From: Candidatus Velamenicoccus archaeovorus
Lineage (GTDB): Bacteria; Omnitrophota; Gorgyraeia; Velamenicoccales; Velamenicoccaceae
Direction: 5' to 3'
DNA: 32,000 bases
Assembly (NCBI RefSeq): GCF_004102945.1
Contig: NZ_CP019384.1
Span: forward strand, 150,001 to 182,000
In this document: positions 7,101 to 14,176 of the stretch, piece after piece
How positions within the stretch are numbered: position 1 is the stretch's first letter
How the letters are laid out: each line of letters opens with the position of its first letter
Position numbers and translations under genes: made by a program
Notes under the pieces: generated by a model
Told to the model about the DNA's origin: nothing
The model's input: only the letters and a program-made list of their open reading frames with translations
Database searches by the model: none

Positions 7101-9599
7101 ATGGATAAAACAACTCGAAAAGCTATGGGTGGATATGCGGGGTTTCCTATGAGCGTAACGCGTCGTTTTTTTAGCCTCCAGTTTTTAAGCTCTTTTATTT
7201 TTCTGTTTTCTGTTCTCTGTTTTCTGACTTCCGGTGTTTCCTGCGCCCAGGATGAGCCCGTTCAAAACCAGGAGACTGTGGCAGAGGCTCCGGTGGCAAC
7301 TAATATGATTCAAGAGGAGACAGGAGCTCCGGTTGCTGCAGCCGTTGCCGAACCGGGTCAAAAGGCGTCTGAGACGGCCCCGGCGGAAGTCTCATTGGAA
7401 GAGATGGTGACCGTGGCCAGAAAGGCCAAGGATGAGGGCGATTTCGCGAAGGTCTATGCGACGGTGGACGAAGTGATGCGGCGTTTCGGTCGCGAGGCGG
7501 CCAAGGAGCAGGCGTCGTTGAAAGATTTTCCTCCTACCGAGCAAATCAACAGCTATGCGGTCCTGAATAACGTCGCACAGGCCCAGTTCATCAAAGGCGA
7601 GGCCCTGAAAAAAGAGGGCAAGAAAGACGAGGCGATCGCCGCTTTCGGCGTGATCGTCAGCGATTACGGCTATGCCCAGGCCTGGGACCCTCGGGGATGG
7701 TTTTATAAGACAGCCGAGGTCGCCAAGGAGGCCATCGATCGCCTTCAGGGCAAAGACCCGAACGCCGAAAGGTGCGGGGCGATTCCGGCGACGAAGATCG
7801 AGCTGTCCGATCCCGGCAAGGAAGAGATCGTGGATTACGAAAAGTACGGGGAGTTCGTCGATCCCGGCACAAAAGATTATAAGTATGTCGTCAAGTCCCA
7901 AGACGGGCTTTCCGAGGCCGTCGGCGAAGGGATCTATCCCAACACAACGAGCGTGCGCTGGGATCCGGCATTCCAGGAGGTCAAGAAAGAGAAGCGTCTG
8001 GAAGGCAGCCATTGGGATTTTGTCCGTTCCCCCGACCTGGAGGCCGCTTTCATCAAGTGGGCCATGGCGCCCGAGCCGCCGGGTATCCGGCAGTATTACA
8101 CGGCCATGATCCTTGAAAAATCTGGCCTGATCAAGCACGCGATCAAGGCGTATTATGCCGTTGTCGTTCATTTTCCTCAGACGGTGGGCTGGACGTATTG
8201 GCATACGCCGTGGTACGTCGGGCCGGCGTCCATCGCGCGCATCAAATATCTCTGCAAAAAATATCCGCAGGTGAACATGAAACTCGTGGGCGCCTCCATC
8301 AGGGTCGACAACGGTTTCGACAACGATATCCGCAACGACGTCTTCATCGTGAACCCCGGCCGTATCGTGAAAAACCACATCCCGGAGACGATCTCGGACA
8401 AGGTCAGGAAATACGTCGACATGAAGATCATGCAGCGCCGGATCAAGCGCCGCCTGGGCAACGGACAGGTGCGCCTGGTGCAGTATGAGAACGGCGATTG
8501 GCAGATGCTCGTCGACAGTAAGCCCTACGTCATCAAGGGCATCACCTATCAGCCCGTGAAGGTCGGCCAGAGCCCGGACGACGGCTCGCTGGTGAGCTGG
8601 ATGGAATATGATTACAACCATAACGGCAAGTGCGACGGTCCTTACGATGCGTTTGTGGACGCCAACTGGAACAACGTGCAGGATCCCGGCGAGAAGGCCG
8701 TCGGTGATTTTGAGCTGATGAAACGCATGGGGATCAATACCCTGCGCATGTATCATCAGCCGACGCCTTTGAAAAAGGAGATTTTCAGGGATGCATTCAA
8801 AAGATACGGCATCCGCGTCGTCATCGGCGATTACCTGGGTAAATATGCGCTGGGTTCCGGCGCCAGCTGGCACGAAGGCACGGATTACGATAATCCCGAG
8901 CATCAGAAGAACATGTTGGAATCCGTCCGCAAGATGGTCATGGAATACAAGGATGAACCGTTCGTGCTCATGTGGCTCCTGGGCAATGAAAATGTCTACG
9001 GCGTTGCCTGTAACGCCGACAAAAAACCGGACAGTTTCTTTAAATTTGCCAATGAAGCGGCCAAGCTCATCAAGTCTCTCGATCCCAATCATCCTGTCGC
9101 GATCGCCAGCGGCGACGTGCTGTACCTGGACCGTTATGCCGCCAACGCGCCGGATATCGATGTGTTTGGCGCCAATGCATACCGGGGCGATCAGGGGTTT
9201 GGTTCTTTCTGGTCGGACGTCAAGCGGTTGACGGACAGGCCGGCGATCATCACGGAATACGGTTGCGGCGCCTATGCGTACTGTTATACGCGCGAGCAGG
9301 CCGAGGAAGCGCAGATGGAATATCTGACGGGCTCCTGGGGCGATATCGCGGATAATGAAGCCTTCGGCGACGGGGCAGGCAATGCCATCGGCGGTTTTCT
9401 TTTTGAATATTTAGATGAGTGGTGGAAAGGCTATGAACCGGCCATTCACGATACAAAGGGTTTGTGGATAGGGCCTTTCCCCGACGGCTTCATGCATGAA
9501 GAATGGCTGGGTGTCGCCGGCCAGGGGGACGGGAAATTGAGTCCGTTCTTGCGTCAGCTGCGCAAGAGCTATTATGCGTTCGAGAAGCTGTGGAAATAG
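7101..9599 (+). CDS. secreted fusion protein: N-terminal helical/TPR-like region + C-terminal clan GH-A (beta/alpha)8 glycosidase-like domain
   Basis: Signal peptide ..FLSSFIFLFSVLCFLTSGVSCA/QDE. The C-terminal ~360 aa (from ~nt 8480) carry KPYVIKGITYQP, GINTLRMYHQP, LLGNENVYG (putative acid/base Glu), IDVFGANAYRGD, AIITEYGCGAYA (putative nucleophile Glu), GGFLFEYLDEWWKG and EEWLGV. This domain is paralogous to the 10977-12323 product. The start could instead be 7125 or 7149. Confidence 0.65.
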   Translation: MDKTTRKAMGGYAGFPMSVTRRFFSLQFLSSFIFLFSVLCFLTSGVSCAQDEPVQNQETVAEAPVATNMIQEETGAPVAAAVAEPGQKASETAPAEVSLEEMVTVARKAKDEGDFAKVYATVDEVMRRFGREAAKEQASLKDFPPTEQINSYAVLNNVAQAQFIKGEALKKEGKKDEAIAAFGVIVSDYGYAQAWDPRGWFYKTAEVAKEAIDRLQGKDPNAERCGAIPATKIELSDPGKEEIVDYEKYGEFVDPGTKDYKYVVKSQDGLSEAVGEGIYPNTTSVRWDPAFQEVKKEKRLEGSHWDFVRSPDLEAAFIKWAMAPEPPGIRQYYTAMILEKSGLIKHAIKAYYAVVVHFPQTVGWTYWHTPWYVGPASIARIKYLCKKYPQVNMKLVGASIRVDNGFDNDIRNDVFIVNPGRIVKNHIPETISDKVRKYVDMKIMQRRIKRRLGNGQVRLVQYENGDWQMLVDSKPYVIKGITYQPVKVGQSPDDGSLVSWMEYDYNHNGKCDGPYDAFVDANWNNVQDPGEKAVGDFELMKRMGINTLRMYHQPTPLKKEIFRDAFKRYGIRVVIGDYLGKYALGSGASWHEGTDYDNPEHQKNMLESVRKMVMEYKDEPFVLMWLLGNENVYGVACNADKKPDSFFKFANEAAKLIKSLDPNHPVAIASGDVLYLDRYAANAPDIDVFGANAYRGDQGFGSFWSDVKRLTDRPAIITEYGCGAYAYCYTREQAEEAQMEYLTGSWGDIADNEAFGDGAGNAIGGFLFEYLDEWWKGYEPAIHDTKGLWIGPFPDGFMHEEWLGVAGQGDGKLSPFLRQLRKSYYAFEKLWK

Positions 9600-9611
9600 A
9601 TGGAACAAGGG

Positions 9612-9817
9612 TTGCTCCTTGCTTATGCGCTTGTAAATTTTTTTCCAGGGTAGGCCGTCGGCCTGGCGCAGCCGGCCAGGACGGCCATCCGGAAAAAATT
9701 TCCTGCGCAGGTTGCCGCAGAGAGCGGCACACTGGCTTTTCCAATTAAGCCAGGTGCGCGGAGTTGGTTTTGGAAGGAAAAGTTGCCTGGTTAAGGGCAA
9801 AACCAAGGAGGTGCGGT
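9612..9817 (+). promoter_or_regulatory. conserved 5' leader, type-2, copy A
   Basis: It shares with 21798-22035: TTGCTCCTyGCTTA..CTTGnAAATTT..CCAGG at the 5' end; twin hairpins GCCGC-AGArA-GCGGC plus CTGGCTy-(nTCCAATn)-rAGCCAG (9714-9755); and a hairpin abutting the SD (9764-9772/9798-9806) whose sequence differs but whose pairing is kept. SD AAGGAGG at 9805-9811. Confidence 0.55.
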
Positions 9818-10984
9818 ATGAGGAAGTGGATCGTTGGTTTGGCGGTTCTTCTGGCTGTGGGCTGGAACGTATGCGCCGCAGAAGAGAAGGCCGCAGAAGA
9901 AAAGGCGACGGGTGAGGTCAAGAGTTTTCCTGTCTATACGGATGCGAAATCGCCGGATAATCATTACATTCCCTCGGGATGGATGGGGGATTTCGGAGAT
10001 CTTTCCATGGACGATAAGTATATGGGAGATCCGCATTCGGGTTCGACCTCGATCAAGTTTGTTTACACGGCCAAAAAGACGCAGAACCAGGGATGGGCAG
10101 GTGTGTATTGGCAGAACCCGGCGAACAACTGGGGTTCCAAAAAGGGCGGTTTTGATCTGACGGGGCTGAATAAGCTGACCCTGTGGATGCGCGGCGATAA
10201 AGGCGGAGAAGTCATCGATAAGATCGCTGTCGGCGGCATCAAGGGGACGTATCCGGACACGACGGAAGTCTCTGTCGGGCCGATCGAGTTGACGACGACA
10301 TGGACGCCGTACACGGTCAACCTGGCGGGCAAAGACCTGTCTTATATCAACGGGGCTTTGTGCTGGGTCGCCAACGCGGATTCCAATCCCAATGGCGCGA
10401 CGTTCTATATCGACGATATCAAGTTCGAATATGACCCGGCGCTCAAACCGGCCGGCAAGAAGACGCAGGAAATGCCCTTCTACATTTATGCGGATAAGGG
10501 CTCGATCCAGAACCATTTTATTCCCTCGGGATGGATGGGGGATTACAGCGATCTGAAGATCGATGTGGGTTCGACGGACAATCCATATTTCGGCAAGACC
10601 TGCATCAAGATCACCTACGACAACAAGGCCACCAACGGCGCGCGCTGGGCAGGGATGTACTGGCAGTATCCGGCGAACAACTGGGGTGGTGTCGACGGAG
10701 GATTCGATCTTTCCCGCGCCAAAAAACTGACCTTTTGGGCCAGGGGCGAGAAGGGCGGCGAGAGGATCGAGGAGTTCAAAGTCGGCGGGATCATGGGAGA
10801 ATATTCCGATTCCGATACGGCCGGTATCGGTCCGGTTGTCCTGGATAAGGAATGGAAGCAATACACCATCGATCTGACAGGCAAGGACCTTTCCTATATT
10901 ATCGGAGGGTTTGCCTGGGCGACGAACCTGGATGTCAATCCGGACGGCGCCGTGTTCTACCTTGATGAAATAAAGTATGAGTAA
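9818..10984 (+). CDS. secreted protein with two tandem ~170-aa beta-sandwich (carbohydrate-binding-module-like) repeats
   Basis: Start moved to ATG 9818 (SD AAGGAGG 6 nt upstream; the ORF-track start 9764 lies inside the leader). Signal peptide MRKWIVGLAVLLAVGWNVCAAEE. Repeat 1 has ..HYIPSGWMGDFGDL..GWAGVYWQNPANNWG..GGFDLTG..LTLWMRGDKGGE..FYIDDIKFEY. Repeat 2 has ..HFIPSGWMGDYSDL..RWAGMYWQYPANNWG..GGFDLSR..LTFWARGEKGGE..FYLDEIKYE. The sugar-binding function is inferred only from aromatic-rich motifs and context. Confidence 0.6.
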   Translation: MRKWIVGLAVLLAVGWNVCAAEEKAAEEKATGEVKSFPVYTDAKSPDNHYIPSGWMGDFGDLSMDDKYMGDPHSGSTSIKFVYTAKKTQNQGWAGVYWQNPANNWGSKKGGFDLTGLNKLTLWMRGDKGGEVIDKIAVGGIKGTYPDTTEVSVGPIELTTTWTPYTVNLAGKDLSYINGALCWVANADSNPNGATFYIDDIKFEYDPALKPAGKKTQEMPFYIYADKGSIQNHFIPSGWMGDYSDLKIDVGSTDNPYFGKTCIKITYDNKATNGARWAGMYWQYPANNWGGVDGGFDLSRAKKLTFWARGEKGGERIEEFKVGGIMGEYSDSDTAGIGPVVLDKEWKQYTIDLTGKDLSYIIGGFAWATNLDVNPDGAVFYLDEIKYE

Positions 10985-12323
10985 TACAGAGCACAGAGAA
11001 CAGAGTGCGGAGTACAGAAAACGGGGCGGAAGAAACAGGCTTTTCCCTGTTCTCTGTACTCTGTTATCTGTTCTCTGTCTTTGCGGCATGGCCCCTGCGG
11101 CCAGGAAGAAGGCCTACGTCAAGACCCTGAAGGACGGCCAGTATCAGCTCATGGTGGCCGGCAGGCCTTTTATCGTCAAAGGCGTCTGCTACAACCCGAT
11201 TCCCGTCGGGGAATCGCACGACTACGATTTCTGGAATGACCCGGCCCAGCCGTGGCTCGTGGACGGCCAGCTCATGAAGAAGATGGGCATCAACACGGTG
11301 AGGTTCTATCAGCCGGGAGAAGATATGGCGGCCGTCCGCCGGGTGGTCTCCGACCTTTACAAAAAATTCGGCATCCGCACGATGATGGGGCATTGGCTGG
11401 GATTCTGGAATTATCCGGCCCCTTTTTATGACGATGAAGATTTCCGGAAAAAAGTCAAAGCCGATGTCCTGGCGATGGTCGAAGCCCTGAAAGACGAAGA
11501 GGGGATCCTTTTCTGGGTCCTGGGCAACGAAAACAATTATTCTTTCAGCGGCAAGATCAATTCATGGTCGAGCGAACGCATCGACAAGATACAGGACCCG
11601 CGCCAGTGCCTTTTGGCCAGGGCCGAGACGTATTACACGCTGGTCAATGAGATCGCGCAGGAGATCCACAAGATCGATCCTGCTCACCCCGTGGTCATGG
11701 GCAACGGCGAGCTCATCTGTCTCGATGTGGCCAGCACATTCGCCAAGGACGTGGATATCGTCGGATGTATCATTTATCGCGGCAAGACATTTGGGAATAT
11801 TTTCAAGACCCTGAAGAATACCTTTGACAAACCGCTCTTGTTCGTCGAATTCGGCGCCGACGCCTACAACGCCTACGAAAAGAAGGAAGACGAGGACATG
11901 CAGGCGTATTTCCTGGAGTACCAGTGGGCGGAGATTTATCGTAATCTCGGCGGAACCGCAGCCGCGGGCGACGGCGTCGGCAATTGCATCGGCGGTGTCA
12001 TGTTCGAGTGGACGGACGAATGGTGGAAACACGACGAATGGGATGCGAATGGTTTGTCCGTCCATGATACGGAATCCAACTGGTCGAACGGCGCCTATTA
12101 TTTCGATATCAAGGCCGATCGCAACATGAACATGAACGAAGAGTGGTTCGGTCTCGTGAAGCTCCTGCCTGAAGAGGAGAAAACATCTTCCGGACAGGTT
12201 TTGAACAAGCGCGTGCCGCGCAAGGCTTACTATGCCATACGCGAATTCTGGAGACATCCTTCTAAGTCATCTTCGATCAAGAGCCCGGAGCGTCCTGCGG
12301 CCGCCGGAAAAAACAAACGTTAA
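10977..12323 (+). CDS. secreted clan GH-A (beta/alpha)8 glycosidase-like protein, paralog of the 7101-9599 C-terminal domain
   Basis: Motifs collinear with gene 7101: RPFIVKGVCYNP, GINTVRFYQPG, VLGNENNYS, VDIVGCIIYRGK, PLLFVEFGADAYN, IGGVMFEWTDEWWKH, NEEWFGLV. The putative signal peptide ..LFPVLCTLLSVLCLCGMAPA/A is encoded by the repeat at 11046-11079. There is an 8-nt overlap with the upstream gene. An alternative start at 11088 would remove the signal peptide. Confidence 0.65.
   Translation: MSNTEHREQSAEYRKRGGRNRLFPVLCTLLSVLCLCGMAPAARKKAYVKTLKDGQYQLMVAGRPFIVKGVCYNPIPVGESHDYDFWNDPAQPWLVDGQLMKKMGINTVRFYQPGEDMAAVRRVVSDLYKKFGIRTMMGHWLGFWNYPAPFYDDEDFRKKVKADVLAMVEALKDEEGILFWVLGNENNYSFSGKINSWSSERIDKIQDPRQCLLARAETYYTLVNEIAQEIHKIDPAHPVVMGNGELICLDVASTFAKDVDIVGCIIYRGKTFGNIFKTLKNTFDKPLLFVEFGADAYNAYEKKEDEDMQAYFLEYQWAEIYRNLGGTAAAGDGVGNCIGGVMFEWTDEWWKHDEWDANGLSVHDTESNWSNGAYYFDIKADRNMNMNEEWFGLVKLLPEEEKTSSGQVLNKRVPRKAYYAIREFWRHPSKSSSIKSPERPAAAGKNKR
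10985..11079. repeat. long imperfect inverted repeat of CAGAGAAC-family words
   Basis: The left arm 10985-11021 (acagagcacagagaacagagtgcggagtacagaaaac) is largely complementary to the right arm 11046-11079 (cctgttctctgtactctgttatctgttctctgtc). Both arms lie inside the annotated 5' end of the 10977 CDS. Confidence 0.8.
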
Positions 12324-12373
12324 TCCCTCGGCAGAATTCTCCGGGCCCGGCCCTTTGTCTCGGAACCGGGGGA

Positions 12374-12415
12374 TCGGAGGGATGTTGCTAAGAAGAAAAA
12401 AGGAGTCTCGGACTT
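12374..12415 (+). repeat. conserved ~40-nt motif (copy 1) just upstream of the 12435 gene
   Basis: TCGGAGggaTGTTgCtAAGAagAAAAAAGGAGTCTCGgACTT matches 17814-17852 (TCGGAGaatTGTTcCaAAGAAAAAAGGAGTCTCGaACTT). GTCTCGGAACCGGGGGATC at 12357-12375 also resembles GTCTCGAACTTAAAGTCCGGGGGGATTC at 17842-17869. Confidence 0.6.
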
Positions 12416-12434
12416 TGTTCCAGGAGGTTCGTCC

Positions 12435-14099
12435 ATGACTTTCAGGTGTCCCGTGTCCCAGCGTATCATTTTTTTGACGGTTTGCGGATGGCTATGCTTT
12501 TGGACCTTCGCCCCTGTCTTGGAGGCGTCAGAAACGGGGGTGTCGGCGGCCGCCCCTTCGGTCGAAGCGCTCAAAACTGCTGTTACTCCCGATGACCCTC
12601 AGGGCTTGGTAAACCTCAGGTCCATCGTCGCCTGGTATGTGGGGGACGGAAAATTTGACGAGCTGATCGCCTACCTGGATTCTCTCTTGAAAAAAGGGTT
12701 TGAGCGGCTGCCTGACGTCTATTTTTACCGCGCTTATGCGCGCCAGGCACAGCTGGATTCTTGGAAAAAGACCAAGAATTGGGAAGGGGTCTATGACCAG
12801 GGGCCGCAGCTTGAAGCAGCCATGGAAAAAGACCTGGCGAAGGCCGAGAAGTTCGTTTCGAACCGGCAGGACATGGCGCTGCGTATCGCTTATTTAAGGT
12901 GGCTCATCGCCTCGCAAGACGATCCTGAGGCAGCCGTCGGACTGTTCAACGATGTGGTCAACAAGGCGCAGGGCGCTCTTGCGCAGCCGGAGACGATGAC
13001 CCTCGTCAAGGAGATGGCCGATTCCCTGGCTTCTTATGAAGACAAGAATCTTTCCCGCAGGCTTTATGAGGTATACGCCGCAGCGCTCAAGGCGTCTCAT
13101 CCGGAGCCCGAAGAACTAAGGAAAGCAGGCCTGGCTTTTGTTGAACAAAAGAATATTTATCTGGCGAAAACACTTCTTGAAGGATATCTTGAGCAATTCG
13201 CCGGTAATCCCGAAGTTTTGGCCAAAGAGACCGTCCTTATCGCCGACAAATTCGCTGCTCACGGCTATGAAGAAGCCCTTGATCCTGTTTATGCCGAAGA
13301 TCTTTACAAAAAGGCGTTTGGTCTTGCCGGTCAGAAGGCCTTTGCGGCGCCATCGCAATATACCAGGGCATTCAACCTTGAGCGCATAAAAGATTTCGAG
13401 GGGGCGCTCAGGGAATACGGCAAGGTCCTTTCGGAATATCCGGATTTTCCCGATCGGGCCGGCGTCGAGTTCCGCATAGGAGTGTTGAGCGCTTATGCCG
13501 CCAAAGACATTAAAGGGGCGATGGCGTCTTTTGAGCATATCAAGACCGCTTATCCCGGCGATCGTCTGGTTCTTTCCGCGCTTTACCAGTCGGGGTTGTT
13601 GAGCCAGTGGGGAGATCAGCTTGATGCGGCAAAGGCTTATTATGGAGAGCTGATCACGGCCGCGACGTCCCAGGGGGCCGATATAGAAAAGGATGAGCTT
13701 GTGCTTTTGTGCCGCGAGCGCCTCCAGGAGATCGAAGAGAAGAAACCCATGAAGTATGCCCTGCGGTTGTTTTTTGAAGGGATCTTCGGCCGGTCCGCCG
13801 ATGGTAAAACGCAGGATATGTCTTTGAATGTGGATCTGACGGGCCGGCCGGCCAAGGCGTCGGCGAACGACGACATTGTTTTTACCGTCACGACATCCAA
13901 TCCCGTAACAGGCTGCATGATGCCTGTTTATGCCTATGAATGGTCCGGCGAAACAGGCGCCGTCGCCAATATCCCCAACAGCGCCACCTTGACGACGTCA
14001 TACGGGATGCAAGGCATCAAAGTGACGCACGTGGCTGTGGTGGGGAATAACGGCCTGGAAGGCGTCGGCTTTGAGATGGTGCAAGTTCAGAATGAGTAA
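12435..14099 (+). CDS. secreted TPR-repeat protein with C-terminal Ig/PKD-like domain
   Basis: SD AGGAGG at 12422-12427. Signal peptide ..CGWLCFWTFAPVLEA/SE. Helical repeats of YbgF/TPR style (ALREYGKVLSEYPDFPDRAGVEFRIGVLSAYAAKDIKGAMASFEHIKTAYPGD.., AAKAYYGELI). The last ~100 aa are beta-rich (IVFTVTTSNPVTGC..YEWSGETG..GIKVTHVAVVGNNGLEG). Domain calls come from pattern only. Confidence 0.55.
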   Translation: MTFRCPVSQRIIFLTVCGWLCFWTFAPVLEASETGVSAAAPSVEALKTAVTPDDPQGLVNLRSIVAWYVGDGKFDELIAYLDSLLKKGFERLPDVYFYRAYARQAQLDSWKKTKNWEGVYDQGPQLEAAMEKDLAKAEKFVSNRQDMALRIAYLRWLIASQDDPEAAVGLFNDVVNKAQGALAQPETMTLVKEMADSLASYEDKNLSRRLYEVYAAALKASHPEPEELRKAGLAFVEQKNIYLAKTLLEGYLEQFAGNPEVLAKETVLIADKFAAHGYEEALDPVYAEDLYKKAFGLAGQKAFAAPSQYTRAFNLERIKDFEGALREYGKVLSEYPDFPDRAGVEFRIGVLSAYAAKDIKGAMASFEHIKTAYPGDRLVLSALYQSGLLSQWGDQLDAAKAYYGELITAATSQGADIEKDELVLLCRERLQEIEEKKPMKYALRLFFEGIFGRSADGKTQDMSLNVDLTGRPAKASANDDIVFTVTTSNPVTGCMMPVYAYEWSGETGAVANIPNSATLTTSYGMQGIKVTHVAVVGNNGLEGVGFEMVQVQNE

Positions 14100-14100
14100 A

Positions 14101-14166
14101 GATAACAGTTAACAGAGGACAGAACGATTTTTTCTGTTATCTGTACTCCGTTCTCTGTTTTTTCTG
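14101..14166. repeat. CAGAGAAC-family inverted repeat in the spacer before the GH116 gene
   Basis: gataacagttaacagaggacagaac (14101-14125) faces ttctgttatctgtactccgttctctg (14132-14157), followed by a T-run at 14158-14163. Pairing is imperfect: ACAGAA/TTCTGT plus ACAGA/TCTGT. Confidence 0.65.
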
Positions 14167-14176
14167 TGGAGCAGAC

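Noticed and set aside
7149-7260. Twin-arginine (Tat) signal in the 7101 protein (..VTRRFFSLQFL..).
   Set aside because: RR followed by FF is suggestive, but the match to S/T-R-R-x-F-L-K is only partial. The start codon is also uncertain, so a generic Sec signal peptide is called.
9411-9806. Minus-strand ORFs 9411-9806 and 21825-22220 share a peptide-like stretch (WLNWKSQCAALCGN versus WLHWMSQYAAFCGM), which could suggest a small antisense protein family.
   Set aside because: The similarity is confined to the twin-hairpin nucleotides. The differences are not biased to synonymous positions, and the rest of the two ORFs are unrelated. An RNA or DNA structural element explains it better.
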